64,000 nt of DNA, from positions 236,024-300,023 of the forward strand of contig MU008190.1 of NCBI GenBank assembly GCA_010909165.1, in the 5' to 3' direction. This DNA is from Anthoceros angustus (Eukaryota > Plantae > Anthocerotophyta). Position numbers and translations under genes: made by a program. Each line of letters begins with the position of its first letter. The first letter of the stretch is position 1. Positions 22,197 through 35,473 of this stretch are shown in pieces. Below the pieces are notes generated by a model. It was not told the origin of the DNA. It worked only from the letters and a program-made list of their open reading frames with translations, and did not search any database.

Positions 22197-24713
22197 TCAC
22201 ACGTTGAACCGAAACAACATGACGTCCCCTTCTTGAACCACGTATTCCTTGCCCTCAGATCTTAGCTGTACAGTGCCAACAGGGTCCTGTTAGAAGGTGG
22301 AGAAATTGGACTAGCACAATCATCGTCCCAGTTCTGTAAGGCAGAGAGGAGGCTTACCAAGCCCTTCTCCCTGGCAGCTGAAAGGGAGCCAGCTACGACG
22401 TAGTCCTTGTAAGCTACCTGTGAGCAGGCCAGTCATGGCAGTCGTAGCCGTTAGGAGTACACTTATCTTGATAAGTGACCAAGAATGCTGTTATATTGCA
22501 ACAGAAGGAATACTTACGGTCTCGGCTCTGATGAATCCCCTCTCAAAGTCGGTGTGGATGACACCTGCGGCTTGTGGGGCTGTCATGCCTGGATGAAAGG
22601 AGCAGTGCGGTTTAGACACTGTTTTGCTAAGAATCTGAAGATGCGTGCATGCAGCTGGAGAAGTTTAACTACCTTTGTGAATTGTCCATGCCTTCGTTTC
22701 CTGCATCGAAGAAGGCACAGAAGAGCTCCAATAAGTGGCATGAAAGGAACCTAGCTTTTGCCAACAGTGGAAATGTAGTGAGGTGACATACGAAAAAACT
22801 TACGGTCTCTGTCCACACACCTTTTCTCCCGAGGTGAAGTACGTTCGTAGACCTAAGAGGTTGTATGTGGCGCGAACAAGTGAGCCCAAACCCCCTTCAG
22901 ATACTCCAAGAGATGTCAGGTACTCTGTACGCTCTTCAGGATCGAGCTCCGAAAGTTCGGCCTCTACCTACAATGTGATTCGACATGACCACATTAGGAG
23001 ACATGTAAAGACGTAAAAGGGGAACCATTCTCAGTCAAGTAGACCACCAGATGGACAGTAGAAGCTGCCAGCTAACGACGAGGGGACATACCTGCGCTGA
23101 AACAACCACCACCTCCGAATTCAGGCTGTCAGCCACTTTCATCACTTTTTGAACATGTGTGTTGCCTGAAGGGTCAGCCAAGTCTGACTCTGCCACATTT
23201 GCTGCAAAAATGACTGGCTTCATTGTAAGCAGGCACAGCTGCTCCACTGCCTTCACCTCGTCCTCTGAAAGTGGAACTGCTCTTGCAGGCTTTCCTTCCA
23301 GCAAGGCATCGTTTATTCTCTGAAGAGCTGCAGCTTCCATCTCTTCCTGGAGTTGGCAACAAGGTCAGAACCGAGGCATTATACAGAGAAATTTAAATCC
23401 ATGCTCGTGTCGAGGTCAGAAATGATTTCATGACGTTTCAGCAGGACATAGGTTTCCTCCTTCGTCAAAAAAGACTTATGAACACCTTCTCCACACAACA
23501 CAGTTAATGAGAACCATACCAAGGAAATGGGAGCTGTGTGTACCTTTGCTTTGACCAAGGGATCTTTCACCCTTCCTTTCTTCAGCCTTTCCAATCTCTT
23601 CTCAATCTGCACTCACTTTCACATAAAAAACTTGCACAGTTTATACAGGAGACTAGTATCTGGGCTTGTGATTGCCAGAGAGAAAATGAAAGTCCTTCAC
23701 TGCCCCCACCTGAGAGAGATCAGCGAATGCTAGCTCCAAGTTGATTATATCAATGTCTGCCTCAGGATCCACCTTGCCGTTAACATGTACTACATCGTTG
23801 TCTTCGAAACACCGGACCACCTGCACAACAGCCTTTTGTCAAGAGTATAATTCCCCCGTTGACTGCAAGTTTAGATTATCTGAGGCATCTGGAGCAATGT
23901 AAAACCCCTAAAGAGCAGCACAACCTACTGTAGCTGCTGCTGTGGAGGTGTCTGACCTGTATGATACAGTCAACTTGTCGAATGTGCGAGAGGAATTTGT
24001 TGCCGAGACCCTAACACACCAAACAAACACACGCTGTTTATGGAATTGCAAGGAAGATCCATCATCAACACCCAGACCAAGAAGAAAATGGTTCACAAAC
24101 AGACCTCTCCTTGACTGGCACCCTTCACAAGCCCAGCGATGTCCACAAATTCTACACTTGTCGGCACTGTCTTCTGTGACTTGCTAAGCTGGGACAGGAC
24201 GTCCAGACGAGGGTCTGGCACCGCTACCACCCCAACATTTGGCTCGATTGTGCAGAAGGGGAAGTTCGCTGCTTGTGCTTTGCCATTTTCGACCTGCAGG
24301 CACCTCCATGTCACCAGAAAGAGCACCGAGATTGCAGATTCCATGCAGGGTTCAGAACTGGTGCATCGGGCCGTCAAGAACATCTAAGTGCATACCAAGG
24401 CGTTGAACAGCGTGGACTTCCCCACGTTTGGCAGCCCAACTATGCCAGTCTTCAAGCTCATGCTGATTCTATCGCTGCCACCGGATGACCATCTCATCTG
24501 CTCCGAGAACCTGAATCCTCCTCTTAAGCCATCACACCACGGTAGCAGAGAGCTGGCTCGGTTGATGCCCGAGAAATGCTGAGAAAGGGAAGAAAGGGAG
24601 AAACAACCAGCCGAAATCCTGACATGCTGCCTTGCCAATGTTGCCACAGCTGGAACTCCACGAGACAAACACTGAATTGGCAGCTGCGCAGCTGCTCCGG
24701 CAGCAACAGCCAT
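22197..24713 (-). CDS. YchF: Organelle-targeted YchF/OLA1 Obg-family ATPase/GTPase (multi-exon)
   Basis: Transit-peptide-like N-terminus, then [63 protein letters not shown], and C-terminal [19 protein letters not shown] (stop 22197-22199). Confidence 0.95.
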
Positions 24714-25572
24714 CGCACCCACAGCTGCTATCCCCGCGGGCTATGCCTCTATCCACTGGCTGGCTTCAGTGCCTCATCCTTGGAGGACGCCTCCATCGGT
24801 AACGCTCTGGACGGAGGACAGCATTGGACGCACTTGTGGATTTCCAAGCTCAGATTTGATGGGTGTTTGATTAGCGTACCCAAAAAAGACCATGTGGAGC
24901 GCGTCAGTTTGTGAAGGATTTTCAAGTGTCCCGGCAGCTATCATCAATATCTACCAAGATCGCTGATGAGCCCACGCAGGCTCCACAGAGTACATACATT
25001 TCACGATAAAGGAAAGGGGAATTCAACTATATTACGTACATGATCTGTCTGCCAACACGAGGATGTGGGTCTGCATGTTCCGACCAGCTGAAAATTCACA
25101 GCTACTGGCATCAACTACCTAATCCATTACATCATCTAGCTTCGACAGCACAGTGTGAATGAACGGACGTCCGTGCTCGTCTCAAACTTGGGCTTGAGAA
25201 AAAATCTGGCTGGTCCAAGGAACTGATAAATATGAATTGTGTGCACTCAAAGAAGTACCTGTCGGTACTGAAAGATAGACGGAGCAGATCGCTTCCAGCA
25301 CTTGGGTTGAGAGGGAACTCTTCGGTCTGGGGGAAATCCTAGACCATTCTCAACACCGAATCAAACACAACGAACCAGTGTACAAGTCCTGATCAACATG
25401 ACAGGAGCTCAAAAACCATGACAGTCCCTCTGACGCAACCACCCAAAACTTTTAGCATTTGCACGTCTCTGGGAAGAGATTCAGATGAATGGCAGGCTTT
25501 ATTCACGGTCCCATCCGTGATCAAATTAGCTTACGAATCCATGTAGATACAAGTTAGATAGGGGAAGGCAGG

Positions 25573-28500
25573 CTAGGCAATGAGAGGTGGAGGTGGGGGA
25601 GTGGAACCATGGGATGCTTTGGGTGGTGCCGTCCAGTGACGTCCAGGAGGACGAGCTCGAGGAGGTTCTTGGGGTGGAGGAGTCCACTGACGTGGTGGAG
25701 GAATCCTGTGATGTCGGGGAGGACTAGCGTGAGGGGGATGTGAGGGTGGTGGAGACTCTTGTTGAGGTGGCGGGGTGAGTGGCGGGGGAGGGGAGAGCTT
25801 GGAGGTTCTGCATGTGGTGGAGGAGGCGGGGGTGAGGACACAGGACCTGGTGCAGGCAGGTGACATTGACTGGTGGAGGTGGCGGGGGTGGTGGAGGAGA
25901 AGAAACAGGAGGTTGTGTTGGAGGCTCCACGACTGGTGGAGGTGGTGGCAGGGGAGAAGAAACAGGAGGTTGTGTTGGAGGCTCCACGACTGGTGGAGGT
26001 GGTGGCGGGGAGAAGAGACAGGAGGCGGAGGTGGTGGTGGTGGTGAGGTAGAGTTGGATGGCGGGGGTGGTGGTGGGGAGAAGAGACAGGAGGGGTGGTG
26101 GTGGATGGCGGTCGTGTTCGGGTGGAGGTGCAGGAGGGTAGAGATAGATGGCGGGGGTGGTGGGGGAGAAGAGACAGGAGGAGGTGGTGGTGGTGGTGAA
26201 TGGTGGTGTTTTGGTGGAGGTGCAGGAGGGGTAGAGATAGATGGCGGAGGTGGTGGGGGAGAAGAGACAGGAGGAGGGGGTGCTGGTGGTGAATGGTGGT
26301 GGTTTGGTGGAGGTGCAGGAGGGGTAGAGATGGATGGCGGAGGTGGTGGGGGAGGAGGATGACGATAGTGCTTGGGTGGTGGAGTAGGAGGTTGGACTTG
26401 AGGAGTAGGCACCGGAGGTGTCAGAGGCACCGGTGGAGGAGGAGACGGAGACTGAGGTTGAGGAGAGGGTGGTGTGATGGTCGGAGGTGGCGGAGGTGGC
26501 GGAGGTGACGGGGGAGAGGAAACAGGAACGGGCGGCGGAGGTGGTGGTGAAAGCGGGGCGACAGGGCCAGGTGCTGGTGGGGAAGAATTGGTTGGAGGAG
26601 CCGGGGGAAAAAAGGGAGTGGGAGTGGGAGTGGGAGCCGGAGTGGGAGAAATGGGAGTAGGGGCAGGAGCAGGTGGAGAAACAGGGGGAGCAGGGGGAGA
26701 CACAGGGGGAGCAGGAGGAGAAACAGGGGGAGACGCAGGAGACACGGGCGGAGCAGGAGGAGATGGGTTTGAAGGAGAAGGCGGGACAACGGGAGGAGGG
26801 GCAGGAGCAGGAGAAGTAGGTCCTGGAGCTGGGGCTGGAGCGTTTGGTGCTGGACCTGAAGCTGGCACACTAGGGTATGGAACTGGGGTGGGAGCACTTG
26901 GGGCTGGAGTGGGAGCACTTGGGGCTGGAGTGGGAGCACTTGGGGCTGGAGTGGGAGCATAGGGGGATGGAGCAGGAACTGGCGCGGGAGAGCCAACAGG
27001 TGGAACATAAATCGGAGGCCCTCTTGGAGTATGATGGTGAGGAGGGGGAGGTGGGGGATTAACAGGAGGTGGAGGAGGTGGAGATGGTGGTGGAGGTGGT
27101 GGTGGGGGAGGAGGTGGAGATTGCACCGGCGGAGGAGGTGATTTGTGTCCATGCTGCGGAGATTTAGGGAGGAGAGAGAACTGGGACTGGAGGTGGAGGA
27201 GAAACTGGTGGGGTGGAGGAGGGAAACAACAGGCAGTGGTGGTGGTGGAGAAAGGACAGGTGGTGGTGGTGGTGGAGAAAGAACAGGCAGTGGTGGTGGT
27301 GGTGGTGGTGGTGGTGGTGGTGGTGGTGGTGGTGGAGGAGAAAGAACAGGCGGTGGTGGTGGTGGTGGAGGGAAAGAACAGGTGGAGGTGGTGGTGGAGG
27401 TGAAGGAACAGGTGGTGGGGGAGGAGGAGAGTAAACCGGAGGAGGTGGTGGAGGAGGAGAGTAAACGGGTGGTGGTGGTGGTGGAGGAGGAGAGTAGACG
27501 GGTGGTGGTGGTGGAGGAGGAGGAGGAGAGTAAACAGGAGGCGGCGGTGGGGGAGAGTAAACAGGAGGTGGACGAGGAGGAGATGGGGACTTGGGACTAG
27601 GAGGGGATGGCGGGGAAGGAGGAGCCGGAGGCGGAGTGTTGTAGAATTTCTGGCATGTCTTCTCAGACTTCTGGTCTTCAGAGCCTGGTATGCAATTACC
27701 CTGAAAAACAATGATGCCGCTGACAGCAAGAGGATCGCACTCCGAGCTGGCTCCGTTGAAGAAGTTGTTGGACAGCGTCAGGTTCTGGATGTTGGGCAAG
27801 GTGCACACATCCGCTCCCACAGTCCCGAACAGCTTATTCCCAGCCACATTCAACACCTCCAAGCTGGTCATGTTGCCTATGGAATCCGGCAGAGCGCTCT
27901 GCAACTTGTTCTTGCTGACGTCGAACACCGTCACATTCTGCAAGTTCCCGATGGAGTCGGGGATGTCTCCGACGATCTTGTTGTTGAGGAACAGGATCTG
28001 GTTGAGCGTTCTGGACATGTTCCCGATGGTGTCGGGAATGCCTCCCTTCAGCTTGTTGTTGGCCAGCACCAGCACGGACACCGGCGAGCTGCCCAGCGAG
28101 TCTGGAATCCCCCCCTTGAAGTGGTTGTTGTTCAGAAACAACGCATCCAGGTTCTTCTCGAAGATCTCGGGAGGAATGTCGCCCTTGAACTTATTAAACC
28201 TGATGTCCAGAAAGATGAGGCTGGGAAGCTCCAAGACCACCAGGGGGAATTTCCCCGACAGCTGATTGTTACTCACATCCAGCTCGTACAGCAGCTTCAG
28301 ATGCTTGAAACTCTCCGGCAGCGTCCCCGTGAAGTTGTTGGTGTTGAGATGCAACAGCGCCAGATCCGTGAGCAGGCCAAGCTCCTCCACCAAGCGTCCC
28401 GCCAGCAGCGCATGGTTCAGGTCGATCCCCGCCACCACATCAATAGACGGATCATCCAGCGCAGCCTCGCAGAAAACTCCGTCGTAGCTGCACACGTCCC

Positions 28501-29096
28501 TGCCCACCCAGCTCCCTGTGATGTTCAAAGGATCCGCCGTGATCGCCTTCTTCCATGCCTGCAGCGCAATGTAGGCATACAGCAACCTCCTGCTCTGCCT
28601 GTGATGCCCCACCCCAGGCGGGTGATGCCCCACGCCCGGCGGATGGTGTCCTACACCTGGTGGATGGTGGCCTACGCCTGGAGGATGATGCCCCACCCCA
28701 GGCGGGTGATGCCCCCATCCAGGAGGACCGCTTACCCCTACAACTCTAGCCTTTACACTACCTTCTACACCTGAGAAATCTGCAGCATCCCAACACATGC
28801 AGACAAACAAAACACGAAGCAACGATGGATCAGCACACGAACAACACAAAAAGAAAATCAAGACCGACCCACACCGAGATCCGTATGCAAGAAACAGCGC
28901 AAGAACCGGAGCCCAAGGCAACGCTATGCGACAGCCTCCCCCTCGGGGGAAGACAAGAAACCCACAAAAACCCACATCGCCAAAGAAGCGAGCGTCTCCA
29001 AAGCACGAGCTGGGTACCTTGCGCAGCAGCAAGAAAGGAAAGCGAGCTGCAGATGAGCAAGAGCACCACGGCCAGAGCGCCCCGCTGGGGCGTCAT
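25573..29096 (-). CDS. LRX: Leucine-rich repeat extensin (LRX): signal-peptide exon 29096-29017, exon 2 from 28779; apparent frameshifts in the Pro-rich tail
   Basis: Signal peptide MTPQRGALAVVLLLICSSLSFLAAAQ. LRX N-cap AYIALQAWKKAITADP..VCSYDGVFC, then LRRs and a Cys-rich linker. SPPPP/VYSPPPP extensin and AP-rich blocks follow. Confidence 0.9.
28601..28726 (-). repeat. Six 21-bp units encoding PPG[W/V]GHH in the LRX N-terminus
   Basis: Units start at 28601, 28622, 28643, 28664, 28685 and 28706. Differences between units are mostly synonymous. Confidence 0.92.
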
Positions 29097-29947
29097 GGGA
29101 GGATCTGCCAGCAGCCGCGGCAGCGCCGAGCCCCGGAGGCAATGCAGGTCCGCTGCTGCAGCTGTTTGTGCTCCACACTCTCCCCGGCTACCACATCTCA
29201 CGCCGCCATCGTTCTTTCTGCTTCGACATGTCGCCGCCCGAGCTCCTGGGCCTTCCGTCTTCCTCCCTGCCTCTCCCCGCTCCCCCGCCTCGCCTGCCCC
29301 TGTACCGGCAAATCGGTAGCAGCAGCGGCGCTGCTTCCCGGGCCTGTGGGCGACTGCGCCCGATCGCGTCCCTCCCTCTCCCCGCAACTCCGCGCTTGCT
29401 TCACCTTCTTCGATCAATGCGCGCACCGATCTTTAGCCCGCTCTCCTCGCCGCGGCTTCGTCTTTCAAGGAGCCATGGCGCCTTCTGCACTCACTGCGCC
29501 AGGCCTGGGCAGGCCCGGGCCCGACACTGGAGCTGCTGCGACCGGCGGTCGCCGACCCGCTCCCGCCAGGCTGCAGCCCACCGGGGCCGGCCTGCCCGGG
29601 ACGCCGGGACCGGGTGGCGGGCCTCCCCGGGCCGCAGCTTCGGAGCTGCCGCCCCACGTAGTCCCACCTGCGAACTCAACGAGCACAGTAAGTCTAAAAA
29701 CTGCATTTACCGCAACCCGCCCTCCCTTTGACCCGCGGTAGGCGCAAGCGCGGTGTTTACCATCGCCGGGAAGCCCGGCCCCGCCAGGCGCAACCGGCGC
29801 AACCGGCGCAACCAGGCGATGGTGCAATGATGGGGACTCGCCCCCCGTGCCCTGCGGCGTCCCGCCAATTCAATTCGCCCTCGCCCCCCATTATGGGCTG
29901 CTTCAAACGTTTACGCGTCCTGTGAGTGGCTAGGATCGGCTACATGC

Positions 29948-30022
29948 GGCACTGTGCTTACCGGAATGGTTGGGACCCCAGCCTGCGAACCCAGGCGTTC
30001 GCGGTTCGAATCCCGCAACGCC
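29948..30022 (+). pseudogene. Degenerate tRNA-like sequence (tRNA pseudogene or SINE head)
   Basis: 75 nt. A-box-like TACCGGAATGG (29959-29969) and B-box GGTTCGAATCC (30003-30013). GGCACTG/CAACGCC pair at 5 of 7 acceptor positions. The anticodon arm does not fold canonically. Confidence 0.35.
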
Positions 30023-31060
30023 ACGCGCTTACGCCACGGTGCTGTTGACCTCATGACTGACCTTGACAAGTACGACTGGCTAACTTTCCGTTATAGCCTC
30101 CCCCTCCTTAACTGTAATAAGGCAGCTGCACGATAGTTAGAGAGGCGTGCACGAACAAATGATCATGCGAGCTGTGCAAACTAACCTACTCGCGAGGCTC
30201 TGTTTGGAGAGAGGCTCTCTCTGTTCGGAAGGGAAGGGAAGGGAAAGGAAAGGAAAGGGTAAAGGGTGATGAAGGAGCCGAGCGACGAAAAGAGCCGAGC
30301 CCCACCGACAAGAGCGGCAATGAGGGGCATGCGCTGCAGGGGGCTGTGCGCTGCTCCGCTCACTGCCCCGCCCCGTGCTCACCTACCCTGTTTATGACCT
30401 CCCCCACGCCCCCGTCCCGTCACTCCCGTGCCAGGCACTGCAATTGCCATTGCCATTGCCATTTCGGCGCCACCACATTTTCATAATTTGTAATTAATAA
30501 TTCTTCGGAGCAGGGACACCGACACCTGCCAGTGCTCTGTCCTCCCCATGTGCCTCACGAGTACCGGCTGCCACCAGCTGTCAATTGGGAGCACATGGCT
30601 TGTCTCTGGTTCGATCTCGCCTATTTCGCTGCTTTTCTCCTCAAAATCGCAATCCACACGGATCGGCGATCGCCCGAGTGCTTCTTCTTTACAAAATTGT
30701 GGGATAAAAGTTTGGGGCAAGAGAATCTTCTGTCTTAGACTGAAAACGTGTTATAAATTTGGACATGAAATCTGAAGGTGAACAATATGAGCCCCCATAT
30801 TCCTTTTGGTGTTCGGCTGGTTCTAGCTTGTGAAGAGAGGTGGGCCACTCTCTTGTCCAATAACATGTTCTTCAAGATTTTCACAATTGCCTTCAACTAT
30901 TATTTGTTTGAAGCATTTGCACCACCCTTACCACCTACTACTAGAACATCTTCTTTGGCTTGCGCTCCATGGCTATTTTAAAATATGAAGGAAGGAATAT
31001 TCATTGACTCCTCAAAGATTTGTACAATAAGAATTTACTAAAAAGAGAGACTATGAATTC

Positions 31061-33897
31061 TTACATGCGACTTGAATCTCTACCAAAAATAAGTTTTTTT
31101 GTCCAATCAAATACCACAAGTGCTCTCGTACGCCAGCTTACTTGCTTGCTGATAAATTTAAATATACCATTGATAAGATTTTTTATATGTTTGATAAAAA
31201 AGAAAAATTAAGTAAAATATTAGCAACAAGATTCTACCTTGCATATACTGAATACCATAACCATTGGGTGCTATGACCAATTGACACCCAATCTCCAGGA
31301 AGTTCTGCAGCAGCTTGCTCTCCTCCTAGTGGAGCAAATTGTCCAAAATGCTGATATCTAAAACGGAAAAAAAAATTGTGTGTGCTTAAACAAATAAATA
31401 TATATATTTATGAATACATATCAATTCTACCTTTCATAAAAATCATAAAAAGTATGTCAAATTAGTAACAGTACTGAAAGGGCTGAAATCGATGTCTGCC
31501 AGATCCTCGTATACGCATAGGACCAACAGGGGCCTCACCAATAATTGCCATATGGTTGAAACAACTTGCAAGATATGCACCTTGTTGAGAAGCTACCTAT
31601 AATCAAAGTGACATGGTTATAATCAATTGGAAAATTATGAATAAAAATATATCTATTTAATAAATCATAATTTGGACTGGTATAAAACCTGAGCTGTGGC
31701 AGGTAGAGTTTTCATTTGTGAATCTACATGACTTATTGCTTTCTTGAACTGTTCAATATTAAGTTGAACTCCATTATTTCTTGCAAGAGAAGGGTCCAAA
31801 AGCTTTGTAATATCTTGTAAATGACTACGTTTGAGATAAATATCAATTTGTGGATATCTTCCTCGAATGTCGTCTACAACATCAGTAAATTCTTGCAAAC
31901 TAAGTGTTCCAGATTTATCTTTATCTGCCAACTTGAAGAGATACGATATGTCTTCCTACATACATGGAGCAATAAACTCTTTTCATTATCAATATCATGA
32001 CTTTGGTTTCAAATCGCTTGTCATTTCTCCAATTCTCATGTACCGTGATTCTCCGTTGTTCAATTGTTGCACAATCCCCAATGGCAAATGCCTCATTACT
32101 CCCTTTTACTCGAAGCCATTCATCAGTTGCCAGAGCTCGTCTATCTGTCTGTATTCATAGCAGTTTTATGTGATTTTTATTTTTAAATACTGAAAATAAG
32201 AATTATATGATGAAGTTAAGTTGAGAAAACATACTTGACCAATTTGTGCCATAAAGTCAGCAATCATTGGTCGTGTTCCTATCCCTGTTGACCAAACCAC
32301 CATTCCGTATGGAAGTTTTATGTTCGTTTTGGTTGCCTTTTCGATAAAGCTTATTTCTTTATCACCAATGGCAAGAACCCTACAGCCTAGCCGTACATCC
32401 ACACCATCCCTTCTAAACTTCCTCTCTGCAAATTGACTAATCCGTTCATCAAATCTGCAAAATGTAAGAACTGATATCATGTGATTGACATAATATGTTT
32501 CAATATATACACAAATCAGATAAAACCCAATGATTACTTACGTATTAAGAATATGATCCGCAGATTGTAGCACGGTAATTTTTACATAATTTAGTAAGTG
32601 TGGATAAAGTATTAACAAGTCATCTTGAATCAAATCATGCAACTCTGCACCAAACTCTACTCCCGTTGGGCCACCTCCTACTATGACAAAATGTAATAAT
32701 TTTGATTTCTCCTCTTTTGACAAATGTGGCAAACTAGCACTTTCAAAACAATCTAGTATGGTTTCCCGTATCCTCTTAGCATGTTCTACTTCCTGCATCA
32801 ATATAGAATTGACTAATTACCACATATGCAAACTTTGAAGCCCACTCAAAGACATTATTAAGTTATACCTTTAGAAAATGACAATATTCAACAACGCCTG
32901 GAGTGCCAAAAGTGTTAGGCTCAGCTCCAACAGCAACAACCAAATAGTCATAGCTCATAGAGAATTCTTCTTTTCCTTCAATTTTGATAGCTGATACATC
33001 CCTACAGTGAACTTTTTTATTTGCTGCATCTATCTTGAAACACTTGGCTTCAATAAATGAAGCCTGTTTATCAGTCTGTCAAAATATCATAATCAGGGTT
33101 AGAATTGTAGAGCCTCAAAAGTTTTTCTTTTTCCCTGTCATTCATCAATATATACACTTTGAAACAAAATCAACCAACATTTTGGAGAAGCCTTCGAATT
33201 GGTTCAACAATACTTCGTGACTCCACAGTCCCAGCAGTAACACTGGGTAGTAAAGGAGTGAAAACAAAATAATTGCGAGGGGAGATGATATAGACGTCAT
33301 ATAGAGTTGTATCTAGTTCCTTTAGAAAACTGATGCCACCCCATCCTGTGCCTAAGAGAATAACTTTCTTTCTATCTGCAGGGTTCTTGACAAGTTGGTC
33401 ACGATGCTCCGTAGGAGCCCCATCTGCCAGCCCAAGATATCCGCCAATTAACCCACTGCCAAGAAAAACCAAGCGTCGGTTTCTTGTGAAAATCAAACAA
33501 CGTGGAACTTTGTTTCTCCGCTTTCCATGTCCCTTTAGAAGATGCCAAATTTCGCTCTAGTGTGTAACCTGTCAAGAGAGAGCTTTTCACGATCTAGACT
33601 TTTGCCGACCTGGGTGCGGTGAAAGATTTTGCAATTGAGGCAAAACTCGTCTTTCCTGCTAATTGATCAACATTCATGCATGAGGTGGGGGACGACATGG
33701 ATAGTGCACCTAGCTGCCACGGCCAGAAGCCAGGAAGATCGTCTTCTGTGAAACGGTGGTTTTGAGCGTCCAACCCATCCGGGAGGAGGAGGCAAAGGGC
33801 GCTGCAGTATGACTCCTCCTCTTGCATTTGCAGAAGTGGCATGAAAGTAGCGAATGGTAGTGACAGCGCCACGGGCTTTGAGAGCGCACGATGCCAT
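31061..33897 (-). CDS. NDB: Type II NAD(P)H dehydrogenase, NDB (external, EF-hand) type, multi-exon
   Basis: [37 protein letters not shown]-hand [23 protein letters not shown], and C-terminal [24 protein letters not shown]. The first exon (33897-33710) is inferred from splice phase and is less certain. Confidence 0.9.
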
Positions 33898-35473
33898 GGC
33901 CAAAGCCGCCAAGCGAGGCAGTTGAATACCTTCTTGTCAGAGTAAAGCAGGGCTGCAAGGATCCATGACAGCCACACACGGTCACTAGGGAACCTTCTCC
34001 TGCACCCTGTTCACGGTCTGTGTGGGTTTGGAAAAAAAAAGCCAGAGGACGATCAGGAGGAAGAAAGGGTTGAGAACTTGAGACCCGGGTTGGCCAAGCT
34101 GACACAAGATATGGCAGCACACGCTCCGTCTGGAGGGTTGGGTCAAACCAGGCTCCAGCCGCTTGTACAAGTCTGTTGTCGCTTAACGCTTGTTAAGCTC
34201 TTAAGCGAAGGTGTTAGAGGATGCGGCTACCTGGTGGGTCTCGACCGCCCAGTGACCCAACTTGGATGGACGCATGTTGCATGGCGAATAGGAAGCCTAC
34301 GCCGTGACCGAGTACGCCATGCTTTATCCGGAAGCGCTTCTGTTCCTGGTGTGGCAAAAAGCGAGCATTCGCAGTGGCCATTGTAACAAAACGCGCACAA
34401 TCGGACTTCTGTGACACAGACGATGATGTATAAACCGGAAGAATATGACTCCACAAGTAGGATGCAGGTGTAGGCTGACCCCACCGAGATGAGAAAGCGA
34501 GGACCTGGTATGTCAGCCTTACGAAAGAAACGTGACAGTCCATACGCGGTTGTCAGTCCTTGCAGCCACAAGTCCTCATGCCAAGATGGATGTACAACAC
34601 ACAATCACAATTACAAATCTCAATTCCAGCCTTTCCTCCGGTCCAGCTCCGGCTTCCATTTCGGGAGACCCGGTCCTCACTGTGCTTTCCTGCAGGGACA
34701 TCGTGGGCTGGAGGTCGGACTGTTCGCACGGTGGGAAGGTCAGGTGAAAAACTTCAGGGGTGAGACCCTGGATTGTACATTGTACTCTAGTGTCCTGTCT
34801 TGTCCTGTCCTGTCCTGTCCTCGCCAGCAAAATGGGCCCCGGTGGCCACCAAGCTTCACTTGGTAGGCGGGCGCCGGGTGGTCTCTGTATTCCACTCTGA
34901 CTTGGCCTCATGCGACCTGGATCCAGCTTGCCAGGGCCGCATCTAGACCACTGTATGAGATCCATGTCCACGAGAACTCCAGCTTTCCAGGTCCGGTGTC
35001 ACTGGATGTTCGAATACAGCTGGTACCTGCTCCGTGTAACACACGCAGTGCGCCAAGCAATGCTGGTGGGGGAGATCACCTTCCCGCACTCTTTGTCCCT
35101 CATTGGGAGAGAAGCTTTTTCTTTTTCAAGCCATGCAATGACCCAGCCCGATTGCATCGCTTTGCCTTTGCCTTTGCGTTAAGGGAGGAAAGGGAAAAGC
35201 TGCGCTGCTGGCGAAAGGGGGTAAGAGATCCACCATCCACGCATGAACTGGTCCCACACAGCTGGTGACAAGGGAACTCCTGTTCCCCACAAACTCCGTC
35301 ACAGCGGTTATTACACTTTACAGGCAAGATCCTCCTCACTGATTGGCTCACCGGTTACAAACGGCGGACATAACAATGAGAAAACGGTGCGAGGATCAGT
35401 CATCACTGTACCTATACACACTTCTTATGCTGCATCTCCAACTTCCGGGATTATGCGACCTTGTCCAATGATC

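Noticed and set aside
25775-27600. Gly/Trp-rich plus-strand ORFs
   Set aside because: Antisense shadows of the LRX proline repeats.
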